Both the position numbers and the translations under genes were made by a program. Positions 38,768 to 53,380 of a DNA stretch of 64,000 bases are shown piece after piece. Positions within the stretch are counted from its first letter, which is position 1. The number at the start of each line of letters is the position of its first letter. Below the pieces are notes generated by a model, which had not been told where the DNA came from, did not search any database, and was given only the letters and a program-made list of their open reading frames with translations. The DNA comes from Lama glama (Eukaryota), in the NCBI GenBank assembly GCA_028534125.1, contig CM052840.1, positions 10,540,001 through 10,604,000 on the forward strand. Direction: 5' to 3'.

Positions 38768-40129
38768 AAGCCTCACATTCTTGATCTTTTCTATCTTGCT
38801 TTTTATTCCTTTTCCACCTTAGGTTGGATGCCATTCTAACACTGATATTTTTCTCTTTGTTATCTCTACATTCATCTTAATAGCTTTCTTTTACCTTCTC
38901 AATTTATTGATAAATCCGTAAATGTTTGTTTAATCTCTTTTATAGCTATAATCATTTTCCTTAGAGTATCATAGCAGGTTAAACTTAAAACTCCTTAAGT
39001 GATTTTGATACATGATAACTTAAAATTCTTCAATCTAATATATATTTTTCTGTATTTATTTTAAAGAAAGCCAGATATTCTGTTTATTAATGCTGTATAC
39101 TTATATCAAAACCTCCAAATGAAATATGCATTTATGATTCATTGATATATTTGAATCTATACACTTACTGTCCACAAATGTCTGCTGTTCACATGTATGT
39201 AATAGTATTTTTCTCTCTTATGTCACCATATTTCTGTCCCAAATGCATAAGAATGATTTGTAAGAGTTTTATAGCAAAAAATATAGCCCTTTGCTGTGTT
39301 GCATGAGAATGCCATCTGTCATGTTTCTATCACCCCAGCGGAACAGAGAACGGAACACATGAAGGAACTTGGGAAATTAATAGGAAAAAGAATGATCACA
39401 TATTCAACTCAAGCCGTATATTTTCCCTTAAGACCCAGGGAGCAGATGGCTGTGGATTTTTTTTTTATTAATTCATGCTTATTACATGTTAGCAATGCTT
39501 CCACATTGTACTTTTAGTCCTGAGATGTGGATAGGAAGAGGTGAAGATGGCAGACTCATAGTGAAGGGAAGATGGAACCACCTTTAACCTAAATGTGCTT
39601 ATGACATAGGCTAGGCAGCAAATATAGGAGATGACTAAAATAAGATTTAATAGTGACAAATATAATGAGGTAATGGCCTGGACAGTCCCATCATGATACC
39701 TGCCACTCACACAGATAAAACAGCAGACCTAGGTAGTTCCTTTGATGGCTATCAATGCATCCTTCTCGTGTGCTCCCGCCATGGCTACAGATCCCAAACT
39801 AGCTGGGCTCAAAGGCCAGTCTGCCACCATGCAGAGATAATGGTGGTTGACTGTCAGTCAAATTTCCTCTTTTAAGGATCTTAAGCTAGGGCTATCTATC
39901 TATCTACCTACCGTTGGAAGTGGATACAATAGTATAAGCTTAATGAGTCATAAAATCAGAGAAATCCCTCATCAAGTCTCAGGTAGCTATAAACATAGCC
40001 ATCTCTGTCCTGTTCCTTAGTGATTAAGTGATACGTTCTGATGGTGTACTCATTCTGAACAGGTGATCTGTGCCAAGCACGGATTAAGTCAGCATTATAT
40101 CACTTCTTTTATCATTGTCTTCTGTGAGG

Positions 40130-40365
40130 CAGTAGACTTTGGAGGCTAAGAAAATAGATTTGATTTGATTCCTGGCTCTGTCTGTCCCTTATCGGGTTTG
40201 CAACTTGGTGCAGTTTACCTAACCTTCCGAACCCTATTTTCCTTATCTATAGAGAGGTGATAGTAGCAGCATCTTGCCTTGAAGGTTATTGTGAGGGGGA
40301 AGTAACTAATGCAGGTAACACCAGTTACATGGAGTGTAGGACATAATATGTACTCAATAAATAGT
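40130..40365 (+). mobile_element. MIR SINE
   Basis: tcctggctctg..tttccttatctat..ggttattgtgagg..tactcaataaatagta. Confidence 0.75.
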
Positions 40366-41251
40366 ATCTAGTATTATGATAAGTCTTGGGGGAGGATGAG
40401 AATGAACATGGGGAAAATAGCTGAGAAATAATTTTTTGGCCACACAAAGCAACTGGAGTCTGAGTCTTAAGTTTCCAACTTTATATGTCACACATAAAAT
40501 TCTTTCCCAGATGCCTCATCCCTCTTTCATAGCTTATTCTTATTAGAATGTGTTTGATATTTATTTCCCATTTTGCCATTTGTTTTTTGTTATTATGAAA
40601 CAATTCTGGCATATAAAAAGTGTAGAGAATAATACAGCGAATAAGCGTGTGCCCACAACCCACATGACACCACACAATACAAAGCACAGTTAAAGCCTAT
40701 TTGAAGTTTCTATACACAGTCCCTTAAACCTCTCTCTCTCTCTCTCATTCTCAAGGCCTTCAATCTAAAATCCTACCATCCTTATTCTACCTTAAAATAA
40801 AAATTCTAGTTGGAGCCCACCGTTTGGGCAAAACTTTCCCCAAATGATAGTTCCATCTGATAGTTAGCAAAGAAAGAAGGTGATGCATAAAGGAAAGAAA
40901 CATTTACAGCTGGGCCCCAGACTCTGAAAACGGTTTTACTACTTAGGATTGTTAGATTTATTAGCTTTGAGAAAAAATGCTGCCACCATGTTTTTCTCAT
41001 CCGTTATTTTCAGACCATTGGTTTTCAAACTGCATACCCTGATCATTAGTGCATCATGAAATCAATTCTGTAGGTTGTGAGTAACATGATTAAAAATAAT
41101 GAAATAAGACAAAATAAAAGAAGAGTAACTTTTTTTAACACCAAAAATTGCAATATTATTAAATGAAAATACCTGCACATTTGGAATCAAGAACTTTTGG
41201 CATAGCAACGCAAAGAAAAAAAATGATTAAGTGTTTTTTTTTTTATTTGTT

Positions 41252-41450
41252 AGATTGCCAGATAAAATATAGAATGCCCAATTAAACTTGAATTCCAGAT
41301 AAATAATAAAAACTTTTTTTGGTATAATATGCCCCAAATATTGCATGAGAGACAGAAAATGATTTGTTGTTTTCTTGAAATTCAAATTTAACTGGGTATA
41401 CTGTACTTTTCTTTCTTTCTTTCTTTCTTTTTTGCTAAATCTGATACCTT
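41252..41450. mobile_element. MER53 palindromic hAT MITE
   Basis: ttgccagataaaata..aattaaacttgaattccagataa..ccccaaatattgcatg..gaaattcaaatttaactggg..ttgctaaatctg. Confidence 0.85.
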
Positions 41451-41456
41451 GAAATT

Positions 41457-42052
41457 ATAGGTAGAATTCTAAAACTGGCTCACTAAAACTCCTCATCTTA
41501 ATCTCTGGAACCTGTGACTATGATGAATTTTCACTTCTATGACTGTGTTATGTTATATACAGTTAACCTTAAGATAGAAAGGTTTTCCAGTGGGCATAAC
41601 ATAAGCAAATAAACCTTCAAAGGCAGAGAACTCTGGGTGATAGCAGAGGAGGAAAACAAAAAAGAGGCCAATCAGAGAGATTTCAAGTGTGAGAACTCAA
41701 TACTCCATGGCTGATTTTGAAGATGGAAGAGGCCACGTGAGAAAGAATGTGAGCAGCTTCAAAGAACTAAGGATGGCCCTTAGTTGACAGTCAGCAAGGA
41801 AATAGGGACTTCAGCATGAAAATTGCAAAGATCTGAATTCTGCCAAAATCTAAATAAGCTTTATAGTAGATTCTTTCCTAGAGCCTCCAGATAAGAAAAC
41901 CAGCCCAGCCAACACCTTGACTTTGGCCCTGTGATACTCAGCACACAGTACCGAGTCGAATCTATCTGGACTTTGAAACTACAGCTAGTATTATGGGTAC
42001 TGTATTTAGCTTCTATGTTTGTGGTATTTAGGCAGATGGAGAAAATGAATAG
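41457..42052 (+). mobile_element. MLT1 (MLT1E-like) solo LTR
   Basis: tttgaagatgga..cagcaaggaaatagggac..tgaattctgccaa..tagagcctccaga..cagccaacaccttga. Confidence 0.9.
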
Positions 42053-45000
42053 AGCTAGCATTTACATGCATTTTTTTCAAAGCATCACATGCATTTTTTT
42101 AAACTTGATTTTCACTAAGAGACAGCGGTCTTATTGCAAATTTTTAGAGCTATTCATTGATATTCAGACAAATAAAATGACTTGCTTAGGGCTCCCTGTT
42201 TTGGAACTGCAAATGGAACAAATTTTTATTTTTTTAAACAACAAATGTTGAAATAAAATAACTGAAATGAGGCATGAACGTTTGTGAGAACCTGGAAGAT
42301 TCCTTTGCTCTTTACTTTTTTATTCCACCCTTTATTTCCCAGATATTGAAGCCATCCTTTCGGAGAGTGTTTTTCTTGTTTGGTATCATGAAAGAGTTTT
42401 TAAAAGAAGTGAGATTTCAACAGGGGATTGAAAACGAAAGAGAGAGTTTGAAGGCATAAAGCTGCAGAGATTTAGCGGATTACGGGTCCATGTACAAGAT
42501 ACCAGGAGAACATTTTCAAAATTATTGTCATGTTACTTATAGAGATAATCATAGGCTTGAAGGTCCATTCTCCTGAGATGGGCATGATCACCAGCATCAG
42601 GTTCATTAACTCCTTTCACCCAGTACCAAATGCCAGTAAATCGGAGAATAATCCAGATGCCTCCCCAGTCCCTCTAGCAGTGTGAAAAAGGGCAGAGATC
42701 CTATTGTTGAAAGATTGGAAACCCTACATTTGAAGAAGAGTTTTCATCTTTCTAAGAACAGAGTCTGTGAGCAGGCTTCCGTAGCTGAGGCAGCAGAGAG
42801 ACTCACAAGACAGAAGTCATCAAGTTGGTAGAAATGTCATGGAACTGCTATGCATTCAGAGGTGATTAAATTCTAAATGGAAGTAAAGAGGAGAATCACT
42901 TGGTCTCACATCTTGAGAGCCATGAACTCTACTGGGTAATTTTACAGGCAAAATCAAGGGAAGCAAAACCTCTGAAATAAGAGGCCCTGTGTTTGGGTCT
43001 TTGCAAGATACAGATTTACTAAATTTTATTATTATTATTTAAAAATTTCCTCTAGCCCATGGGTTCTCCATGTTTAAAAACTAGTGAATTGATGTAGCCA
43101 ACTGGACCATCCAGTGGAGAGATTAGTCCCTATCCTTGTGAGAAGAGTGAACTAAGAAAGTTTGTCAGCCGCATAATGATCTATTCCTCTGACATGAGGG
43201 CCACACATATTTTTATTAACCTCCATGGTTCATGAAATGATCCAATAGCCCTTTAATCAGTGAAGATCTAATGTATGGCTTAAGATTACTGGAGATTTTA
43301 CCTGACCTCCAAAATTTGACATTCTAGACTAAGTTGTTTTAGGGCCAAAATTATGTAACATGGAATAGATAGTGTTTTATTACAAGTCACTTAAAAAATA
43401 AATCTATAAACTTCCAGAGCATTAATACAGATGCATCAAATGCCGGACCTGCTAGCCAGAACCCCTGCCCCACTCCCAGGCCAGGAGCAGAGTCAGTATC
43501 TCTTAGACACAGCAGAAGTAAATGCTTAGACTCGGGCTGCTGCTGGGGAATAGTCAGCTCTGTTATGTCCTGTATGAGCAAAACCCACCTTCAGACATAC
43601 TCTTCTCTTACATCAGTCGATATCCAGGCTCCAGGAGAGAATTTTTTTTCCCCTGTTACCTGGGATCTGGGTAACCGTGGCCAGTTCTAATACTTTGCTC
43701 TTCTGAGAGTGATGTGAAAAACCACTGCAGTGAAGTCTGCACGCTTATGTCATTGTCTTTCATTAGTGGTGACGATGACCACGATTCTAGCTACCATGTG
43801 ATTATTACAGGAAGCGCCAGGGTCTAGAGGAACTTAGGAACAGCTGTCTTTTTATCACTTATGATTGGAGACCGGAGTTGTGATTTTTCAACTTAGAACT
43901 AACCTACTTACTTATTAATTAACCAACTCCTTCAACAAATAATAATTATGACTAAGCACCAAACATTGTGTAGGAGACCCAGTAGGGGCTGGGATATAGA
44001 TGAGTGACATAGGTGATGGATTGATAATTATACAGTAGAACATGGTAACTGATGGAAGAGAAGTCTCAACTACACATTAAAAGACCATATAATTTGTGAG
44101 GTTGTTCTTATATCTCTCCTTAATATGCTTTTCCTGTCTACATTATTTAAATTATCTCCATTTATTAAAAAACAGGGATTTAGTAAACCCTCTTGCCATC
44201 CAGTTCTAGTCCCCCTTACAGCCCAGAGGAGTTATGCCGGATTCAGAGTGAATTTCTTGTTAGTGGCATTCAGATGACATCCAATGTAATTATACTAAAG
44301 TGACACATACATATATGTGACACACATATATATGTATATATACTAATTCCCTCTTGATGGAAAGAATCACAGTCTCATCCATATTTTTCTCTCTTCTGAT
44401 TTCTTTCACTTATTTTCCTTCTCTGTCCTTCCATACACACTTGGTCACACATATGGTGCCTCTCTGTGACACATGTCTGTCCTTGCCTTAGTCACTCTCT
44501 CACATGTTCACTGTCTTGGGCACAGACACACCCTCATCACTCATCCTGTCAAAGTCTCTTACATACCGACTTCCTCACTCTGAAATACACATGATCTCAA
44601 CTCTGTAATTTCCTGCAGATGCTCTATGTCCCTGGGGATACATTTTCTCTCCTTTGAATACAAGGCATTTCTCCAACAGCCCTGCTTTCACAGGCACACA
44701 CCCACATCTGCAGGCGCTCATGCTTTTACCACCAGCCACTCCTACACCTCGGGCTACTCACTGGTGATCCGAGTAGGGACAGGAGGCCGGAAGGGTGGAG
44801 GGGATACCAACAAGTAATCTGCCCCCACCCACATTTTCTTTTTCATTTGTTTTCCTGAATTTTTCTTCCTTTTTGGTAGACAGAACTTCTTGAGTTGTAT
44901 GGTATGGCTCTTTCCAAGCTCAGCTATGGTGCTAAGAATGAATGAAGATGAGAAGGCATTTGAGGAACCCTTACAATGATTGGAGGGGGCAAGGGAACAT

Positions 45001-45182
45001 TTCACTGTCCTCAGAGAGAAAGACCTGTCTCATGAAACAGTCACTCTTCTAAGAATTCTCACCACTGGAAGTATTTCCCAGTACCTTGACCTAAGGTACT
45101 GTGTCTCCACAAAACAAGTTGGAACCCTAGGATAAATGACACATTAAATAATGAGAAGTAATTATTGCATATTGACTAGTAT

Positions 45183-45391
45183 GAGGGATTGGCAAAACTT
45201 TTATGTAGTAAAAGCCAGATAGAAAATATTTTAGGCTTTTTAGCTACAATGGCTTAACTCTGCCACCACAGAGTAAAAGCAGCTATAGACAGTACATAAG
45301 TGAATGTGTGTGGCTGTGTTCCAATAAAACTTTATTTATAAAAACAGGCAGTGGGCCAGATTTGGATCATGGTCCAGTTTGAAAATCCCTG
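45183..45391. mobile_element. MER58A hAT MITE
   Basis: ggcaaaactt..gccagatagaaaatattttaggcttt..tggctgtgttccaataaaactttattta..gggccagatttgg..ccctg. Confidence 0.9.
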
Positions 45392-47782
45392 ACCTATATA
45401 GAGAACAATATGGATGAAATTTTCAAAAAATTTGCAAGAATATTTAGGACGGTCAGACAAAAAAAAAAATCAGCTTTGTACTTTGTGAAATGTTCTCTTT
45501 TGGTGACCCTAGAGTCTTGCTAAAGAGATAAGAGAGAATTTTATGAAGTAGTGACTGTATTACACAAGACAAACAGATAAATAACAATTTTTTCAACTAT
45601 GATTCCCAACTAGATTTCCATCAGAATCAGCCTGCTGCTTCTTACACAGGCAACTTTTTGTCTGATACTGCTGCTGGGTAAGGGGACAGTGTACCAAGAG
45701 AATGAGACCCAGGACAGAGAAATGAGGAAGTTGGAAGTGGGTGAGACCTTGATAGTGGGCATGTCTACAAGGGGCACACCTCACAAGAGGAGTTGGAAAG
45801 TAGGGCATCAAGAGGTGGCCAGGCCATCCGGATGGGAAAGGGATCACCAAAATCACGTTGAGCATTTCACGGACTAATTCTGATTCTAGCAACTGGAGGT
45901 CCATTAAGATTTAAAATTTTTTTTTTTTACCTGCCAGTAAAATCTCATCTAAAAAAGTATCTGCTTCCTGAGCCAGCTAGTTGTAGAGTAGCTGCAGATT
46001 TGCACGTTGTTGTACTGTTTTTCTTTTGCTCTTGAAATGCTATTTAAGTTTGGCAGCCATTTCTGAATGACAGAATATAGTGAAGCTTTTACAGAGAATT
46101 TGGTAGATATGTGCATAGAGAGATGTCTCTATAGTATATTGTTGAATGAAAGGAGAAGTTCTTATAGAAAAATCTCATGTGTGTGTGTGTGTGTATACAT
46201 ACCTAGACATGCACACACATTTGCCTAGGAAAAAAATTGTACAAGTATGTACAAATTTAAAACCATGATCATTTCTGGGCAGCATGGGACTACTAAGCTA
46301 TTATACTGTCTCCTTATTCATTTATCTCTTTCTCTCTGTCTCTGTCTCTCTCTTCCTCCACACAAGCAATGATTAAACTTAAAATTCGAAAGGGCAATGA
46401 GGATATTTCTATTTAGAATATATATATTTTTTAAATGTTTAATAGTCATGAATTCAATTCTAAAAGGAGGGATTATTCACATATTGAGACTATGGAAGAG
46501 AAAGCCTTACTCTTATTGACCCTGCCAGGGTTTCTTTGCCCTTCACATGGGTTGTTGGAGTATAGCTCACTTCCAGTCATGATGCAAGACTGTGTTTTAT
46601 CAAGGGAAGGGATAACCTTGTTCATACGATTAATATTGTCTGTGGGTCAGTAGTTGACTTGCCATATTAAGGGAAGAAAAATAGACACTGAAAGCAATGC
46701 CCTATGCAGTTTTAGGCAAACTTAACTTCTACAAAACCTTGTTCCTCAGTTCTGTAAAAAAGATCAATAACACGCAGCTTACAAGCGTATGAGGACTAAA
46801 TGACAACACACAGAAAACACCTAGCTGAGCTGACATATGGTAAGTGCCAAAAAAAATTGTTAACTTCTTTCCCTTTCTCACATTTTCTTTCTCTTCTGGC
46901 AACAGTTTTCCCAAATGAGAAGAAGAGGAAGAACTGGGTTAGGCCGCCATCTTTAATAAGCCCCATTGCGTCTTCTTCCTCAGATCCCAAGTTGTTTGCT
47001 TTCTCTGTCTCTCTAAAAAGGCAAATACCCACCTGGCAGAATACTGGGGGCAGAAACAGATGGCAAACCAGTCTGTGCTTTGAATAGCTGATATAATTCT
47101 ACTTTAAAACAAAACTCTAGAAATAACATTTGGAATAATCCAATTACGCATGACAGTATCAGACTTGAAAAGGAAATTTGACTCAGGCAGTTTTAATTTT
47201 AAATCAGAGATTTGGCTTACTGCATGGAATGTCATTTCCCCCTTACTCCTCAGTCCCCACTGAATCGCCAGCCCTGGCCCTGCCCCGCCCCACTATGCCC
47301 AAAAGACCACCAGGATTTACATAAGGTCCAGTTTCTTCCTATAAATGAAAGGCTGTCAGTGAAACGTGTGCATATTTCCTGATTTTCAGTGGTCTACGCA
47401 TCACTGCCACATGGTGTAAACTGGAGTGTCACACCTCCCTATTAGGAATATTGAGATTTTAATTGTAGGTAAAGATATTAATACCAATAATGTGATTTTT
47501 CATATAAAGGGGAAGCAGTTTCAACCCCAACATATCCCAAGCTGAACTTATACATTTTTCCACAGTCTTCTTCTGCTTCTGCATATATTTTCCTTTATGG
47601 TATGTCTTCTGGCTGGTATGTCTCTACAAAGGGGTGACTTTAAGAGCAACCAGAGAAATGATGGAGTGTATAGTCTTCAAACCATCTGTCTACCCTGAAA
47701 ATTGCTTCTCTCCACAGTTTTTCCTAGATGCTTGGCAGTGAGCTGAGATCAATGACACAGTACTTAGTGACTAGGGACAAGA

Positions 47783-50095
47783 CAGGCATACCTCAAAGAT
47801 ATTGCAAGTTTGGTTTCAGACCACTGTAATAAAGTTGACTACCACAAAAAATGAGTCACATGGATTTTTTGGCTTCCCAGTGCATATAGAAGTTATGTTT
47901 TCACTGTACTGTAGTCTATTAAATAAGTGTGCGATCGCATTACATCTAAAAAAACTATGTATGTACTTTAATTTAAAAATACTCTATTGCTAATAAATGC
48001 TAACCATGACCTGAGCCTTCAGCAAATCGTAAACTTTTTGCTGATGGAGGGTCTTGCTTCCATGTTGACAGCTGCTGACTGGTAGTTGCTGAAGGTTGGG
48101 ATGAATATGGCAACTTCTTAAAGTAAGATAACAATTAAGTTTGTCACAGTGATTGACTCTTCCTTTCATGAACAATTTCTCCATAGCATACAGGACTATT
48201 TGACCCCATTTTACCCACAGGAGAACTTCTTTCAAGTTTGGAGTCAATCCTGTCAAACCCTCCTGCTACTTTATCAACTAAATTCATGCAATAGTCTAAA
48301 TCCTTTGTTGTCATTTCTATAGTCTTCACAGTATCTTCACCAGGAGTAGATTCCATCTCAAAAAACTATTTTATTTGATTATGTATAAGAAGCAATCCCT
48401 CATCTGTAAAGAGTTTACTGTGAGATTGCAAGAGCTCAGTCCCANNNNNNNNNNNNNNNNNNNNNNNNNNNNNNNNNNNNNNNNNNNNNNNNNNNNNNNN
48501 NNNNNNNNNNNNNNNNNNNNNNNNNNNNNNNNNNNNNNNNNNNNNNNNNNNNNNNNNNNNNNNNNNNNNNNNNNNNNNNNNNNNNNNNNNNNNNNNNNNN
48601 NNNNNNNNNNNNNNNNNNNNNNNNNNNNNNNNNNNNNNNNNNNNNNNNNNNNNNNNNNNNNNNNNNNNNNNNNNNNNNNNNNNNNNNNNNNNNNNNNNNN
48701 NNNNNNNNNNNNNNNNNNNNNNNNNNNTCTCCAATAATAAGACGAAATTTGAAATTACTCCTCGATGCATGGGCTGAAGAATTGATGTTGTGTGAGCAGG
48801 CATGAGAACATGAATCTCACTGTACATCTCCGTTAGAGCTCTTGGGTGAACAGGTGCATTGTCAACAAGTAGTAATATTTTGAAAGAAATCTTTTTTTCT
48901 GAGCAATAAATAGTCAGTAAGCCATGTTGTAAACAGTCGTGCTGTCATTTATAGAGCACAGGCAGATTAGATTTAGCATCCTTCTTAAGAACTCTAGGAT
49001 TTTCAAAATGGGAAATGAGCACGGGCTTCTATTTAAAACCACCAACTGCACCAGCCCATAACAAGAGAGTAACCTGTCCTTGGAGCTTTGAAACCAGGCA
49101 TTGACTTTTTCTCCATAGCTATGAAAGTCTTAGATGGCATCTTTTCCCAATATATGGCTCTTTTGTTTACACTGAAAATGTGTTGTTTCAGTGCAGCCAC
49201 CTCCTTACTGATGTTAGCTGATCTGGATAACTTGCTGTAGCTTCTACATTACCACCTGCTGATTCTCTTTGCACTTTGATGTTAGGAAGACGGCTTCTTT
49301 ACTTAAACCTCATGAACCAACCTTTGCTAGCTTCAGACTTTCCTTCTGCAGATTCTTCACCTCTCTCAGGCTTCCTAGAATTGAAGAGAATTAAGCCCTT
49401 GCTCTGGAATAGGCTGTCGCTTAAGGGAATGTTGTGGCTTAGTTTGATCTTCCATCCAGACCATTAAAATTTTCTTCATATCAGTAATAAGGCTGTTTCG
49501 CTTTCTTATCATTCATCCGTGTGTTCGTTGGAATTGCATTCACATCTAGGGTAACTGTCGGGAACAAGAAGCCTAGCTTTTTGTCTTTTGACATGCCTTC
49601 CTCTCCAAGCTTAATCATTTCTAGCTTTTGATTTAAAGTAACACATACCCGGCTCTTCCTTTCACTTGATCTCTTAGAGACCACCGTGAGGTTATTAATT
49701 GGCCTGACTTCAATACTGCTGTGTCTCAGGCGATGGGGAGGCTTGAGGAGAGGGAGAGAGACGGTGGAACGGCCAGGCAGCGGAGCAGTCAGAACACAGA
49801 CACTTGTTGATTAAGTCCACCGTCTTANNNNNNNNNNNNNNNNNNNNNNNNNNNNNNNNNNNNNNNNNNNNNNNNNNNNNNNNNNNNNNNNNNNNNNNNN
49901 NNNNNNNNNNNNNNNNNNNNNNNNNNNNNNNNNNNNNNNNNNNNNNNNNNNNNNNNNNNNNNNNNNNNNNNNNNNNNNNNNNNNNNNNNNNNNNNNNNNN
50001 NNNNTGTTCAAAGCAGGGTTGCCGCAAATCTTCAACTAGTGAAAAAAACACAATGGCTGCAAAGTGCAGTAACGTGAAGCACAGTGAAGTCTGTG
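47783..50095 (-). mobile_element. Near full-length Tigger1 (TcMar-Tigger) with dead transposase
   Basis: caggcatacctc terminus at 47783 and decayed opposite end near 50095. Transposase remnants [40 protein letters not shown] and MESTPGEDTVKTIEMTTKDLD..NLVDK. Confidence 0.95.
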
Positions 50096-50139
50096 TAGTA
50101 GTTTCTGTGCTCTTCCCTCTGCAAGCGCTCCCCGCCATC

Positions 50140-51010
50140 ACCCCGGATTAGACACACCACCTCACGTCTATCTGACTGGCTTTCTCTCGGTTATCTCTGT
50201 CAACAACCTGCCTCACATATTCTACCAGACTAATCTTTCCAAACTTGCCTCTGATCATAGAAACTCCCTGTTTATAAAGTTTGAGCTGTTTCCTCATTGC
50301 TTAAATACTAGACCTCATAAATCTTATCTCAGTATTTAAGACTTCTCATAAACTCACCATTACAAACTTATCTGCCACAGTTCCCTGCACAAACGTTTGA
50401 TTCGTCTGGGACCACATGCCACTGTTAGTTATTTTTTGCACTGCGGTCTTATCCATGGCCTCTTGCATACACCATCAGACCTACAGAAAACATAACCGCT
50501 TCTTCAAACCTCATTTCAAACACCAGCTCCTCCATGGTATCTTTCAGGTCCTGCTTCATCCTTCAGCCTCTGAACTCTTACGTGGTTTGCACCTCTCAAG
50601 GGCTGGATCTTGCTCCAGGTTACATTTTTCCCTCATTACAAGCAGCCCTCTTCACGCTCTCGGTGATTCAGCCACACTGGCTTCCCTTCTGTCTCCGGGG
50701 CTGCTGTGTGTTTTCCTGCTTTGCTCACGTCCTCCCATTTGCTGGGATGCTGGTCGTTGACTCTTCACATGGTGGGAGCTGTCTCAACTCTCACGATAGC
50801 CCTCCTTAATAAAGTCTTAATAAGTCTTCCTTAATAAAGCTCATATAAGTGCATGTCCCTCTTTAGTCTCTCCATTTTACCTACATGACACCTTTTCCAA
50901 GTTGTAATTACAGCTGCACTTGTTTGTTCACCTATTAATTATGTCTTTCTCCACTAGATAGTGAACCTTCAAGGGCAGGCTTGTAATAAGGCTTTGTTCA
51001 GTGAATGAAG
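50140..51010 (+). mobile_element. L2 LINE 3' region
   Basis: ccagactaatctttccaaac..tctgatcat..tgtctttctccactaga..caagggcagg..gaatgaa. Confidence 0.65.
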
Positions 51011-53246
51011 AACATATACCATGCATGCATTTATGCTGAAATACTAAAATTTTGTTTTTATTAAACATCACAACTTCTTTATGCCTAACATCATATTGAA
51101 AATAGATGATTGATAAATACAGATGACTGTTGAATTCAGTTGAATGTGTGGCTTATGTACCTTCATGATTTGTAAGATTTTGAGGGCAGCAGTGGTACCC
51201 CTGTATAACACTACCTCTCACAAAATGTTGCACATTATAGTGCTAATTATATTTATTGAATTGATGGATAGAAAATTGAATTATTTAAAAAAACTAACTT
51301 TTATTTCTTCTAGAAACTAGTACATTAAATACATGTAAGTGAAATTATGAAGTCTTAGGTTAGATTATCACGATGAGTCATTATACTATCCACACAATTA
51401 AAGTGACAAATAGAAGGCATGTACAGATAACAGCATGTTCATATAAGACAGTACTTTTTGGCAATAATTGTAGTTTATAATGTTGTCAGGCCATTCAGCC
51501 TCATTTTCTTCTAAAAGAACTATATCGCCGTTTCTAGTTTTTTGAGGATTCAATGAGTATTATAATCAGTGACATCCACAAAAGGTGTCTGCATAAAAAA
51601 ACGCATTGTTTTGTTACTTTGGTTATCATGAGTCCAAATCTAAACATTGGCCCAGATCAGTAAAATGACATAGTGGAAAAAGTTTTGGCTTGAGTGTCTA
51701 TCTGAAATGGTTTTAAGTTTGGGTTCTACAATGGCCAAGTTTGACCCCAAGAAAACAATTTGTCTCTTTTTAACCCCAGTTTCTTTCTCCCTCTCTCTTA
51801 GCCTTGTATATTGCCTGGCACACAGTAAGTGTTCACTAAGTATTTTTTCTAATAAAAAATAAATAAGCAAATATCAAAATAAGAAAATAAATTGTTATTT
51901 CCTAATAACTTTCCTAATAATCAAGAAACAGCCAATTTATGTGGCTGAAGAAATAACTTCATTTCATGTATGTTGATTTCTGGCCTGAAGACATATTTAT
52001 TATCTGGTTTGAGGTTTTTTTTGTCAAACTTTGTCTCTTTATATTTGTCTCTCAATATTCTTTAGCGTAACTACTTTATTTTAAAGAAAATGATTAGAGT
52101 ATTGGGTAGATGTTTATATAAAGAGCCGTCAACACTTCTGTTCTCAGATCAAGTGGAATCCATTCTGAGCCCATCAGTTGCACATGGAGCAATGGTTTGC
52201 TCTTCAAGCTGAAAAGTCCACTTGATTTTAAAAATAGCTCTTCACGATGTGCTCCTGAAAGTGTCAGATGTGTGGCTCCAGCTCCAGTCAAATGAAGTGA
52301 GTAATTTTCAGTCACTTGTCCAGTGGTTGAGCCAAGAAGATAGTAAATATTTCTAGGTTTAACCCAAGGTGCTGGCTAACAGAGTACCTGGGCTGCTTCT
52401 TAGGGCAAATAAACAAGAATCCCCTGCAGCATTTACATTTGTCCAGTGTTTCTCAACCGGTTTCTCTCTTTCATCTCCACAGTGATTGTATGCCTCTCAT
52501 TTCCAACCACACTCTGGTGGTCTCGCTGCTAAATTATAACAAGCGTTTAGAGGGACAAGAGCTGTTTCCCTTGTCTCTGACTGTGTGCTTAGATTATATG
52601 AGCCATTGTGTTTATCCTTCTTACTCCTTGGTTTGCTTATACCATCTTGAGAAGAGACCACAACGTTTGCTTTTGTTCATTAAACTTTTTAAACATCATG
52701 CAAAGCATCACAACAGAACAGTATTGAGATAGTAGAATATATAAACAGATCAAGTGATTTCATCCGAAATCAAATGTCTAACTTTCAAGGGACTTGAAAT
52801 CGAGAGACAACTATTTTTAAGAGATTCTGAGAATTCACAAGGAGTAATTTTTTGTTTTAATATCTCAGTGATTATGTTAATAAAGGCATATTTGTTGCAA
52901 GGATTTTCTAACCATGTGCCTTGTTTTTTATGTTTATTTTTATAGATTATATGTGAATCTTCATGACTAGTCCTAGAATTTTATGGCTGGGAGTGATCTT
53001 AGAATTCGTTTCTAGTCCAAACTCCTCATTTCACAAATAAGATAACCAAGGGCTTAGTAAGAGACACACTCCGGGACCCAGAGATCATTAGTGATGGTGT
53101 GGTATGCCATCCCAAGGCGAGCCACCTAGCCTTCCTGACTGTAATTCCTGAAACACTTCAGTTGTTGTTTCATGAGCACTATGTTCATCATTTCAAAAGA
53201 GGAAGAAAAAAACCTTGCTATCAAAATATATTTAATTCTCCTAAAG

Positions 53247-53380
53247 ATGGTTTTTAACCTTCTTTTGGTCATAAATTCCTTTGAGAATTTGCTGAAAATT
53301 CCAGACTTTCTCCATAGAGAAACTTACATGTATGTAGAAATTCATATCCTATTTCATTAATCCATAGACTCCTGAAACCT
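53247..53380. mobile_element. Short hAT-Charlie (Charlie4z-like) element
   Basis: tggtttttaacct..ggtcat..cctttgagaatttgctgaaa. A similar fragment in the opposite orientation lies at ~63850-63936. Confidence 0.55.

Noticed and set aside
50794-50840. Short repeated cttaataa(a)g units (similar small duplications near 7536-7566 and 38200-38226)
   Set aside because: Local slippage duplications; too short and irregular for an array. No CRISPR-like or other prokaryotic system is present in this mammalian DNA.
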